Shown here: in pieces, positions 56,898 through 64,000 of the stretch
Numbering within the stretch: position 1 is the stretch's first letter
How the letters are laid out: each line of letters begins with the position of its first letter
Virus record (IMG/VR): IMGVR_UViG_3300043410_001892
Location: 186,001 to 250,000 of that record
Length of the DNA stretch: 64,000 bases
Reading direction: 5' to 3' (one strand)
Notes under the pieces: generated by a model
Seen by the model: the letters and a program-made list of their open reading frames with translations, nothing else
What the model was told of the DNA's origin: nothing
Database searches by the model: none
Position numbers and translations under genes: made by a program

Positions 56898-58106
56898 TTA
56901 TGAAATCTTCAATAATATAGTATCTTCATTAATGCGACCGTTTAATTTAGTATCGGTCGCATTAATATCTTCTAAAAACTTACGCAACATGATTTTATTC
57001 GCATCTTTAAACTCTTTAATCTTTTCTTCTGGCTTTCTTATAGATTTTTGAACACTTTTATGCTCATCAAAACCTAAAATAACAGTACCTTTAACAGTTA
57101 AAGGCCCTGTAAACTCATCTGCAACGTATTTTCCAATTTTTCTGTTCTTAGTATTGTAAACCCATAGCTCAGATGCACCAATTATGTTCACTGGATTAGC
57201 AGAAACAAGCTTCAATGGTTCAAATGTCTTCAAATATTTCAATTTTTCAACTAATTTGTCCTTAGAAACTGACTTTTTAACTCTTGGGGCTTTATTAACC
57301 TTGCTTTCTTCAATCAACATGTTGCATGCTGATTCAATTTCTTTATAAAATGCCAATAAATTTCGTATTTCTTTCTTAGATTTAGTATTATATGCTTCTT
57401 GAAGTTGTTCGTAGCTGTCTAATTTTGTTTCATCAGTGGGTTTTCCGGCATTTAGCTCTTCTAAATCCTTTAAATTACGCGAGTAAATGTCTTTAATTAT
57501 ACGTGCATGCGCTGCTTTAGTTTCCTTAGCTTTAAACACGTTTATTAGCTTAAATGCTTTGGGATCAAACGTAGCTGCGTTAGTAACCCAGCTGTCTATA
57601 GCATCTTCTATAACTTCGCACATGCTAATAGACGCTTCTTTTACACGAGCTTGTATAGTAATAGTTTGAGTTGGCTTTTTAATATCGCTATCTTCATCTT
57701 CTACTTCAATATCAGCAGTACCTGCTTCAATAGTATCAGCAATTGCTTGTCTTAGCCATTCAGCCGCATCTCTGCCGTTATTAAAAGTTTCATGAACAGC
57801 TGGCATACCTCTGACAAGACAAGAAGCAATAGAACCCATAGTAGTACTTGACCGCCAATCTTTAGTAGCTTTATAATCTGTAATTTCTTTGTCTGTAAAG
57901 TCATTTGTATTCATCCATTTAAGTACTGCTGGTTTAATATCTTTACTGCTCAATTGTAAATTATAATAATGCATGGCATTATGCCATCTTTTTCTATATT
58001 CACTTGGAGACCAATATTCCCAGTCAGCCCAACTTGGGCTTAAATCTTTCTTAGCATTTTCACGTATTGTTACTGATGTAACTTTTGTTTTCTTTTTTGT
58101 TGCCAT
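56898..58106 (-). CDS. hypothetical protein
   Basis: 402-aa ORF; no family recognised. Confidence 0.65.
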   Translation of the reverse strand: MATKKKTKVTSVTIRENAKKDLSPSWADWEYWSPSEYRKRWHNAMHYYNLQLSSKDIKPAVLKWMNTNDFTDKEITDYKATKDWRSSTTMGSIASCLVRGMPAVHETFNNGRDAAEWLRQAIADTIEAGTADIEVEDEDSDIKKPTQTITIQARVKEASISMCEVIEDAIDSWVTNAATFDPKAFKLINVFKAKETKAAHARIIKDIYSRNLKDLEELNAGKPTDETKLDSYEQLQEAYNTKSKKEIRNLLAFYKEIESACNMLIEESKVNKAPRVKKSVSKDKLVEKLKYLKTFEPLKLVSANPVNIIGASELWVYNTKNRKIGKYVADEFTGPLTVKGTVILGFDEHKSVQKSIRKPEEKIKEFKDANKIMLRKFLEDINATDTKLNGRINEDTILLKIS

Positions 58107-58107
58107 G

Positions 58108-58905
58108 TTATGTCCAAAGTCCGTCTCTTATTTTAATAAGTCTAATCATCATTTCAGTATCTTCGATTTGATATTTTTGTTCAATCTCATGTTCAATTTC
58201 TCGCATAGATTTAAGTTTAGCATCTTCTTCTGGAGGACGATCTCTAAATATATCACCTGTGTCGTTATCGTAAAACTCATTAATACCCGATGTATCACTT
58301 GGATCAACTCGGTTAGGACGCTCTTCAGTCCACCAAGTATATAATCTTGCAAGTTCTATTGCTACTACTGCTTGGTGTGATAACCTTGGAAAGTTAGATT
58401 CTGAATCAGGATAAGTTATTGAAGAAGCCCATTGTAAATAGTCTAAACCAGCTTGTTTACAACGCCAACCTCTAACATGTCCAAACCAACGATCTGGGTA
58501 ATTATATTTTTCTTTTGCATGTTCATCGTCCCATCTAATATAACTCCATGCTAATTCAATTTCAACAAAATTAACTAATTCGTTAAACATACATGGTAAA
58601 AATCTACCACCAAGATCTTGCCATGTTCCGGGTTTAATATCTTGTGGGTGAGCAGTCAATGCATGTGTTTTTGTAATCCATCTATTATCAATATAATATT
58701 TAATATTGTAATAAGTGTCTTGAGGAAACATAACCACATCTTGAATTTTATCAAGTAGTGTTTCTGCAATCCAATATCGAACTGGGTGGGTGGCCTTAGC
58801 AATCGTAGAAATAGAAGTCCACCCTTCACTAGATGCGTATTCAGGGTACTCAGTTCCACGAATCCAAGTACCAAACTTGCTTAAAGACCAATAGTTAGCT
58901 CTCAT
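58108..58905 (-). CDS. Trp-rich hypothetical protein
   Basis: 265-aa ORF with an AAGGA RBS. Confidence 0.65.
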   Translation of the reverse strand: MRANYWSLSKFGTWIRGTEYPEYASSEGWTSISTIAKATHPVRYWIAETLLDKIQDVVMFPQDTYYNIKYYIDNRWITKTHALTAHPQDIKPGTWQDLGGRFLPCMFNELVNFVEIELAWSYIRWDDEHAKEKYNYPDRWFGHVRGWRCKQAGLDYLQWASSITYPDSESNFPRLSHQAVVAIELARLYTWWTEERPNRVDPSDTSGINEFYDNDTGDIFRDRPPEEDAKLKSMREIEHEIEQKYQIEDTEMMIRLIKIRDGLWT

Positions 58906-58917
58906 TGTTTTTATCCT

Positions 58918-59286
58918 TTAGTTATTTACGAATTGTTGTAAACTTGGTGGAGAATAAGATTCTGGTTTTAAGATCTTACCATCCTCTCTTTTGATAACTT
59001 TACCTGTAGTTGGATCTACTTTAGACATATTTGATCGAATTACTTCATTCCATGCACCTTCTGCATCTACACCTAATGAATGTAATGCACCAACTGTAAC
59101 AACTAAAATATCAATTAGTGCATCAAGTTGTTCAACACGATCATTATCATCAACTGCAGCATGTAATTCACCGACTTCTTCTTTAATTAAATCTAAGTAC
59201 ATATTATATTGTGATTCACTGTAAGTGTCAACTGATTGATCACCAGCTATCATAAATGTTTTTTGATCTGTAAATACGTTTGTCAT
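58918..59286 (-). CDS. MazG-like/PRA-PH-like nucleoside triphosphate pyrophosphohydrolase
   Basis: LIKEEVGEL, LDALIDILVV, SNMSK, REDGKILKP; strong RBS before the Met at 59286 (ORF is open to 59418). Confidence 0.85.
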   Translation of the reverse strand: MTNVFTDQKTFMIAGDQSVDTYSESQYNMYLDLIKEEVGELHAAVDDNDRVEQLDALIDILVVTVGALHSLGVDAEGAWNEVIRSNMSKVDPTTGKVIKREDGKILKPESYSPPSLQQFVNN

Positions 59287-59407
59287 ATAATTCCTTTTTT
59301 TAGTTGTTTCTATTAAATCTTTAATTATTTCTTTGTCGACTTCTTTCATTATTTCTTCGCCTAATATACGAGTTAGTTCTCTTTCTTGCAGTGACCGGTA
59401 ATGTGGT

Positions 59408-59506
59408 TTAAGTTTCATCTTCTGGTTCCATTGCTAAGTAAATTAAAGCACATTCTTCTAACATTTTAAATTCTAATTGCATTGCTGTCAACTCTGATTC
59501 ATTCAT
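59408..59506 (-). CDS. possible 32-aa acidic peptide (MNESELTAMQLEF...)
   Basis: manual translation; fills the gap and overlaps both neighbours. Confidence 0.3.
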   Translation of the reverse strand: MNESELTAMQLEFKMLEECALIYLAMEPEDET

Positions 59507-59693
59507 TTTTAATGTCTTTGGTTAGGGTTGGTGTAACACATCCGACCGGTTTAGGTCGGATGTATGGTTCTTTTATAAACTCTACGTGGCAATCCACGCA
59601 TATAAACATATCCCTAGATGTTATAATTAACATCCCAGCGCCGCAACGCGGACACTGGTTTCCTGTTACTTCTTCATATGACTGTGTAGTCAT
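59499..59693 (-). CDS. small zinc-ribbon protein
   Basis: CPRCG...CVDC; ATGA overlap with the ligase. Confidence 0.55.
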   Translation of the reverse strand: MTTQSYEEVTGNQCPRCGAGMLIITSRDMFICVDCHVEFIKEPYIRPKPVGCVTPTLTKDIKNE

Positions 59694-61048
59694 TTAGTCT
59701 TTCCCATTGCGCTATCAAACTGATCCTGTATTCGTTGCAACGAATCAGCTTCTGATTTATCTTTGCGGAACTCTACAAATCTTGGCAAAAATAAACTGTA
59801 ATATTGGTTGCTTGATGTAGGTGGCATAATGTTATTAGATTTAATTGTTACAATAGTTCCATATAACTCGTCTTTACGAGTAAAGATATCTTTACGTAAA
59901 TCATCTGAGAAACCAGAAGCATTTACTTCTAACAATTCATCTGAAGAGCGACAAGTAATTGAACCAAACAGTTTTTCGTTTTTACCTTTGCCTTCTGTAA
60001 ATCCTACAATTTCTAAATCAACATCTACTTCAAGTTTAAGTTTAACTTGGTCTTTGCTTGTACCATCACGCCATTTAGCATCTGGACGTTTAATAATAGT
60101 ACCTTCAAGACCTTGTTCTACTAACTCAAGGTAATGTTTAAATGCTTCTTCCCATGAAAACACTAACTTAGTTTCAATCATTTTAACATATTGATAATCA
60201 GTTACTGCTTGTGATGCTACTCGATTTTTTAATTTATGGTATCGATCCCTATACTCTTCAGAGCCTTTACCTTTTGGTACAGCTTCAGATAACGGAATTT
60301 GATCCCATACTAAAAATAATGGCCATTCATTTTCAGCAAACGATCCGCCGTCTGAAACACTGTTTAAAATACCATTGCCAATTTCACGTGGTAACACAAC
60401 TCCGTCACGACATACAACAAGTTCGCCATGTGTTTGTGTATTACATTCCATTTTACGTTGCATGTAATCAACAATGCCTTTAAATTGGTCTAACGGCATT
60501 GGATTACCACTTCTGCTTAATAATTCAATAGACAAGTCTTCATAGAAGTTAGCATTGATATACATGCCGTCTGCTTTTAACTGTGAATACACACCTTTAG
60601 ACCATGGCCAAGTATCAAGTTTAACATGTTTAGGTAATGAGCAACGTTGATATGGAAACTCTGGAATTAAACCCTTCCACACTTTATTTACTGTGGCTGC
60701 TTGAACACCACAGCGCAAGTCTTTATTTACAATTTTGATAACAACCTGTGCATCTTGTGCTGATACTGATTCTAAAATATTTTTAAGATGATCAATGCCT
60801 GCGTGACCTGTATAAGTACGGTCAGCTAGTGCATGTAAGTGGACAATAGCTTCGTCAAGCTGCATTTTTGCAAGTCCTGTGTTAGGAGTAAACTCAGGAA
60901 TTTTTTTGATATTAAACGGTAGTAATTTATTATTAGCACAGTAGCAAATGTCTTTCAACAACTTGTTAGTGCTGTTCTGTTTGAGGATAGCTAATTTAGC
61001 GTTAGTTTTAGGTTCATTAGCTAACTGCTCTAAAATTGTAGAGATCAT
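59690..61048 (-). CDS. ATP-dependent DNA ligase (gp30-like)
   Basis: QLKADG, GELV, VWD, EGTIIK, VKLK, LFLPRF..FRKDK; AGGAG RBS before MISTILE. Confidence 0.93.
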   Translation of the reverse strand: MISTILEQLANEPKTNAKLAILKQNSTNKLLKDICYCANNKLLPFNIKKIPEFTPNTGLAKMQLDEAIVHLHALADRTYTGHAGIDHLKNILESVSAQDAQVVIKIVNKDLRCGVQAATVNKVWKGLIPEFPYQRCSLPKHVKLDTWPWSKGVYSQLKADGMYINANFYEDLSIELLSRSGNPMPLDQFKGIVDYMQRKMECNTQTHGELVVCRDGVVLPREIGNGILNSVSDGGSFAENEWPLFLVWDQIPLSEAVPKGKGSEEYRDRYHKLKNRVASQAVTDYQYVKMIETKLVFSWEEAFKHYLELVEQGLEGTIIKRPDAKWRDGTSKDQVKLKLEVDVDLEIVGFTEGKGKNEKLFGSITCRSSDELLEVNASGFSDDLRKDIFTRKDELYGTIVTIKSNNIMPPTSSNQYYSLFLPRFVEFRKDKSEADSLQRIQDQFDSAMGKTK

Positions 61049-61077
61049 ATACACTCCTGTTTAATTAAAAAAAATAT

Positions 61078-61106
61078 ATTATACAGCAATTAGCTAATGT
61101 TGTCAA
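61078..61106 (-). promoter_or_regulatory. consensus sigma70-type promoter for the ligase operon
   Basis: TTGACA-N17-TATAAT. Confidence 0.8.
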
Positions 61107-61109
61107 GAG

Positions 61110-61196
61110 TTAATCATCTAATAAAAACATTAGTATTGCCAGTGTTGAAATGATTGCGCACATTACTGCACCAAATTCGTCTGCTACATTAGTCAT
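61110..61196 (-). CDS. possible 28-aa single-TM peptide (MTNVADEFGAVMCAIISTLAILMFLLDD)
   Basis: manual translation; GGGGGA RBS-like sequence 6 nt upstream. Confidence 0.35.
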   Translation of the reverse strand: MTNVADEFGAVMCAIISTLAILMFLLDD

Positions 61197-61210
61197 AAGT
61201 ATTCCCCCAT

Positions 61211-61242
61211 AAAAAAAGCTCTTGGTGTCAACCAAGAGCTTT
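61211..61242 (-). terminator. intrinsic terminator
   Basis: AAAGCTCTTGGT-TGAC-ACCAAGAGCTTTTTTT. Confidence 0.85.
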
Positions 61243-61261
61243 GATACCATGCTAATAATAT

Positions 61262-61930
61262 TTAGTCTTTGGAACTAAGGATGTTTAATAAACTTAAAAA
61301 TAAGTTGATAAAATCCAAATACAAGTTCAATGCACATAACAGTTCGGTATTAGTGTTTGCGCTATATCTGAGCATTTCTTGAGTTTTCTGAACATCGTAT
61401 GCAGTAAAGCCCATAAACACAATAATAGTAATGCCACTAATAACTAAACTGAATACTGAACTCATAACAAAGATATTAATCAGCCCAGCAAAAATCAATG
61501 CAATTAAACCAACCATTAAAAAGTCACCCCATGATGACAAATCTCGTCGTGTATAAGCACCATATACTGCCATAGAACCAAATAGCACTGCTGCACTGGA
61601 CAATGCAGTAGCAACTGATTCAAACGAAGCCATTGCTATTGCTGGCCCCATCATAACACCAATCATCGATGAAACGATTAAAAATCCAACATAACCAACG
61701 ACTGAACTAGCATCATCGTTAGTTAAAAACCAAGCTAATAACATTATTGCAGGTAATGGTGCAAATATTGAAACCCAAAGCATAGGGCCGGTGTATAAGA
61801 AATGCATTAGTGCAGGACTGGCATAGACTGCTGCAACTGTCAAAAATGACGTTAAGATTGATAAGAACACATTTTTATATACACGCACCATTGGTGTATA
61901 TACAAGTTCTTTTTGTAAAGCTGATAACAT
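61262..61930 (-). CDS. Bax inhibitor-1/YccA family membrane protein
   Basis: 7 TM helices; TRRDLS..G.FL, FTAYDVQK, ALNLYLDFINLF; GGAG RBS before MLSALQ. Confidence 0.9.
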   Translation of the reverse strand: MLSALQKELVYTPMVRVYKNVFLSILTSFLTVAAVYASPALMHFLYTGPMLWVSIFAPLPAIMLLAWFLTNDDASSVVGYVGFLIVSSMIGVMMGPAIAMASFESVATALSSAAVLFGSMAVYGAYTRRDLSSWGDFLMVGLIALIFAGLINIFVMSSVFSLVISGITIIVFMGFTAYDVQKTQEMLRYSANTNTELLCALNLYLDFINLFLSLLNILSSKD

Positions 61931-61931
61931 A

Positions 61932-62216
61932 TTATTCTCCTTTATATTTAGGTTGTTGACCTGCACTTGCCATAATAATTTCTTTATTAGGTCCGCAGGA
62001 ATAAAATTCTACTTCGTAAAGATCTCTCGCGTGACCTAAGTATGTACACCCAAGAGGTTTTGAAATTGCTCGTCTTTGATCAGTGTATTTTACAGTATTA
62101 AATGTTAATCCTCCAACTACTGCTAACCCAACCATTACAACTGTTACTAATGCGGATTGAAATATCAGTCCGCCTAATACTCCTAAGAAAATTATTAGTA
62201 TCATTGTTAAAATCAT
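61932..62216 (-). CDS. small membrane protein
   Basis: two N-terminal hydrophobic helices. Confidence 0.55.
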   Translation of the reverse strand: MILTMILIIFLGVLGGLIFQSALVTVVMVGLAVVGGLTFNTVKYTDQRRAISKPLGCTYLGHARDLYEVEFYSCGPNKEIIMASAGQQPKYKGE

Positions 62217-63241
62217 TCTGTAACTCCTTTAGAATTGTGATAATTATATAGTTCAAATGAAGCAAGGTTTTTGCCTTTGCTTTCTGCCATTATGTCAAAG
62301 TTATCTAAAAAGCTCAATGCCCAGTCATTGACTGCAACATTCCAGTAAAAGTTAGAATGAGCTCGAAGTTTTTGTTTATTTAATCCAGATTCAAGCAATA
62401 GTTGAAGTTCTGGCAAAGTTTGTTTGTTATGGGTTGGTAGCACATCTTCCCTACTAATAGAATAATGCATAGTGGGGCGACGACCACGCCAGCTATCAAT
62501 AACCCTTTGTACGCGCTCATCGTCCGGCTGTATGTATTCGCCTGTTTTAATAAAGTGATGGTGTATATCCAAAACCACAGGTACTCTACTAGCAAGGGTA
62601 AGGCAGTCATCAAGTCCAAAAGAAATCTCCTCATTTTCTACAGTAATACAATTTTTAGCAACATCGCTTAATCTTTCGTAAGCGTCTAAGAAACCTTGTG
62701 GACCACGTTTACCTGCAATATGCACATTGATTTTCATATCCTGAAATTCCTTGCCATATCCCATCCAACGTGCCATGTCTGCATGATATTCAAATTCTTC
62801 AATACTGCGTTCAACTACGTCATCTCGATCAGATGCTAGTACACAAAACTGACCTGGGTGGAAACTAAGTTTAATATCATTCGTTTTTGCAATTTCGCCA
62901 ACACGAGCAAACTCACGCGCAATATAAGCAATCACATCAGGTTTTTTGTAAAAGTAAGAATAGTTTTCGTGTGTGTAAACAGGAAGTATATCGCTACTAA
63001 TACGTAACATACGTAATGGTTGTGGAAGTGTAGAAACTTTGAGTACTAATTTACGAGTAGCTTCAATATTTTGTTTTATTAGTTCCCACAGTTTTTTCTC
63101 AGCATTAGCTGGGAGTTGTCTGCCAAGCCAAGCAACTGTAGTAGTGCCTGTGTTATATTTTTTACAATCGTCAGTTGATTTAATTCCGTCAACTTGATGC
63201 GGAAAATCAATAAACTTGCAAGCAAAGCCTATTCTGTACAT
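62213..63241 (-). CDS. uvsE: UV damage endonuclease (UvsE/UVDE)
   Basis: RIGFAC, LRISSD, SFHPGQF, NVH, TVENEE, VLDIHHH, HYS, AHS, MAESKGK. Confidence 0.92.
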   Translation of the reverse strand: MYRIGFACKFIDFPHQVDGIKSTDDCKKYNTGTTTVAWLGRQLPANAEKKLWELIKQNIEATRKLVLKVSTLPQPLRMLRISSDILPVYTHENYSYFYKKPDVIAYIAREFARVGEIAKTNDIKLSFHPGQFCVLASDRDDVVERSIEEFEYHADMARWMGYGKEFQDMKINVHIAGKRGPQGFLDAYERLSDVAKNCITVENEEISFGLDDCLTLASRVPVVLDIHHHFIKTGEYIQPDDERVQRVIDSWRGRRPTMHYSISREDVLPTHNKQTLPELQLLLESGLNKQKLRAHSNFYWNVAVNDWALSFLDNFDIMAESKGKNLASFELYNYHNSKGVTE

Positions 63242-63265
63242 GAATACCTCGTGTTAGTAGTGAAT

Positions 63266-63289
63266 AAAAAAGGGGTCATAAGACCCCTT
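63266..63289 (-). terminator. intrinsic terminator
   Basis: AAGGGGTC-TTAT-GACCCCTTTTTT. Confidence 0.8.
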
Positions 63290-63294
63290 ATTGT

Positions 63295-63534
63295 TTAAGC
63301 AACGTTGTGTACTGGTTCACTAAATTTTAATGCAAACCATGCAAACTTTTCATCGGAATTAAATTGAACGTATTGTTCGTTGTCACCGTCAAATACAATG
63401 TGTGCATCGTATTCTGCTAATGCTTCTTGTGCAATACGTCTAACGCCGTCTTTGTCGTTGTCAAGAATATGTTGACGAACTGTTGCCATGTACCAGTTGT
63501 CGTGAAGTTTTGTATCAAATTCTAATTTATGCAT
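63295..63534 (-). CDS. small hypothetical protein
   Basis: GAGG RBS before MHKLEF; C-terminal FAWFALKF motif. Confidence 0.6.
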   Translation of the reverse strand: MHKLEFDTKLHDNWYMATVRQHILDNDKDGVRRIAQEALAEYDAHIVFDGDNEQYVQFNSDEKFAWFALKFSEPVHNVA

Positions 63535-63569
63535 AGTAAACACCTCATGTAAGTAATTAAAAAAAATAT

Positions 63570-63598
63570 ATTATACAATAATAATAAAACAATTGCAA
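63570..63598 (-). promoter_or_regulatory. sigma70-type promoter
   Basis: TTGCAA-N17-TATAAT. Confidence 0.65.
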
Positions 63599-63612
63599 GT
63601 ACTAAGACATTC

Positions 63613-63640
63613 AAAAAGAAAGGAGCCTAAGCTCCTTTCT
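63613..63640 (-). terminator. intrinsic terminator directly after pmoC
   Basis: AGAAAGGAGC-TTAG-GCTCCTTTCTTTTT. Confidence 0.85.
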
Positions 63641-63658
63641 GTATGTACAACTTAGATA

Positions 63659-64000
63659 CTACGCTAAGTTGGATTTAAGTAATTTTGAAATAGCTTGTAC
63701 TTCAATATTTACCACACCTAATACACCTAAAGCAGCCCATCCAAAGAATACAAACCCGTAGTGTAATGGTGCTACGAATAGTTCTTCCATGAACCAGAAA
63801 GTGTGTCCCCATTCGTTTAATCCAACGTTTGGAAGAATCATAAATGGCCCGATTACAGATACCATGTATTGTAATGGTAAGCCTTTTTGGTAGGTAGGCA
63901 AGCGTGTTTTAGCATATAAGAATGCTGCGACACCTGTGATGATGTAGATAGGATAACTTAGATAAAACTCAATAACATGACTTGGTGTAAAATCAGTATC
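63659..64000 (-). CDS. pmoC: particulate methane monooxygenase subunit C (5' part lies outside the window)
   Basis: Frame is open to the window edge: DTDFTPSHVIEFYLSYPIYIITG...KTRLP...GPFMILPNVGLNEWGHTFWFMEELFVAPLHYGFVFFGW. Confidence 0.97.
   Translation of the reverse strand, partial: DTDFTPSHVIEFYLSYPIYIITGVAAFLYAKTRLPTYQKGLPLQYMVSVIGPFMILPNVGLNEWGHTFWFMEELFVAPLHYGFVFFGWAALGVLGVVNIEVQAISKLLKSNLA

Noticed and set aside
510-62671. Many short antisense or nested ORFs in the track (e.g. 7627-8130, 19989-20327, 22289-22738, 50410-51054, 59808-60134)
   Set aside because: They are shadows of well-supported genes on the other strand or frame, with no RBS or recognisable motifs.
63659-64000. amoC, or a host pmoCAB operon
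   Set aside because: Diagnostic residues match pmoC; a terminator and phage genes follow instead of pmoA/pmoB.
1-64000. Stop-codon recoding (TAG/TGA reassignment) as in some large phages
   Set aside because: Conserved genes are intact in code 11, and TAG/TGA end genes at expected positions (phoH and pmoC end in TAG, clpA in TGA).
1-64000. tRNA or rRNA genes
   Set aside because: Intergenic gaps are short and none showed a cloverleaf by eye; a tRNAscan-SE run would be needed to be certain.

Overview
64 kb of an AT-rich, gene-dense large dsDNA phage genome (T4-like/jumbo myovirus gene content, standard genetic code). The window ends inside a stand-alone pmoC (particulate methane monooxygenase subunit C), so this is most likely a pmoC-phage infecting a gammaproteobacterial methanotroph. 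From left to right: (1) a putative 7-deazaguanine DNA-modification cluster (TGT/DpdA-like transglycosylase, DpdL-like T-fold protein, glycosyltransferase, phosphoribosyltransferase), in which a GIY-YIG homing endonuclease appears to have cut off and replaced the 5' end of the dpdL-like gene; (2) sliding clamp and family-B DNA polymerase; (3) a block of probable internal head proteins, including a HEXXH zincin and a ligase-like/nucleotidyltransferase fusion; (4) ClpA and DnaJ; (5) a lysis cassette (GH19 endolysin, overlapping spanins, holin); (6) PhoH, dCMP deaminase, SPFH protein, clamp loader, GroES and a truncated DnaE-like fragment; (7) baseplate/tail genes with an isolated queD and three very large fibre genes; (8) MazG-like protein, DNA ligase, BI-1/YccA, UvsE and pmoC. 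Near-consensus sigma70 promoters, T4-like late TAAATA motifs and intrinsic terminators are visible throughout. No tRNA, rRNA or CRISPR array was recognised. All calls come from reading motifs by eye; no database searches were run.
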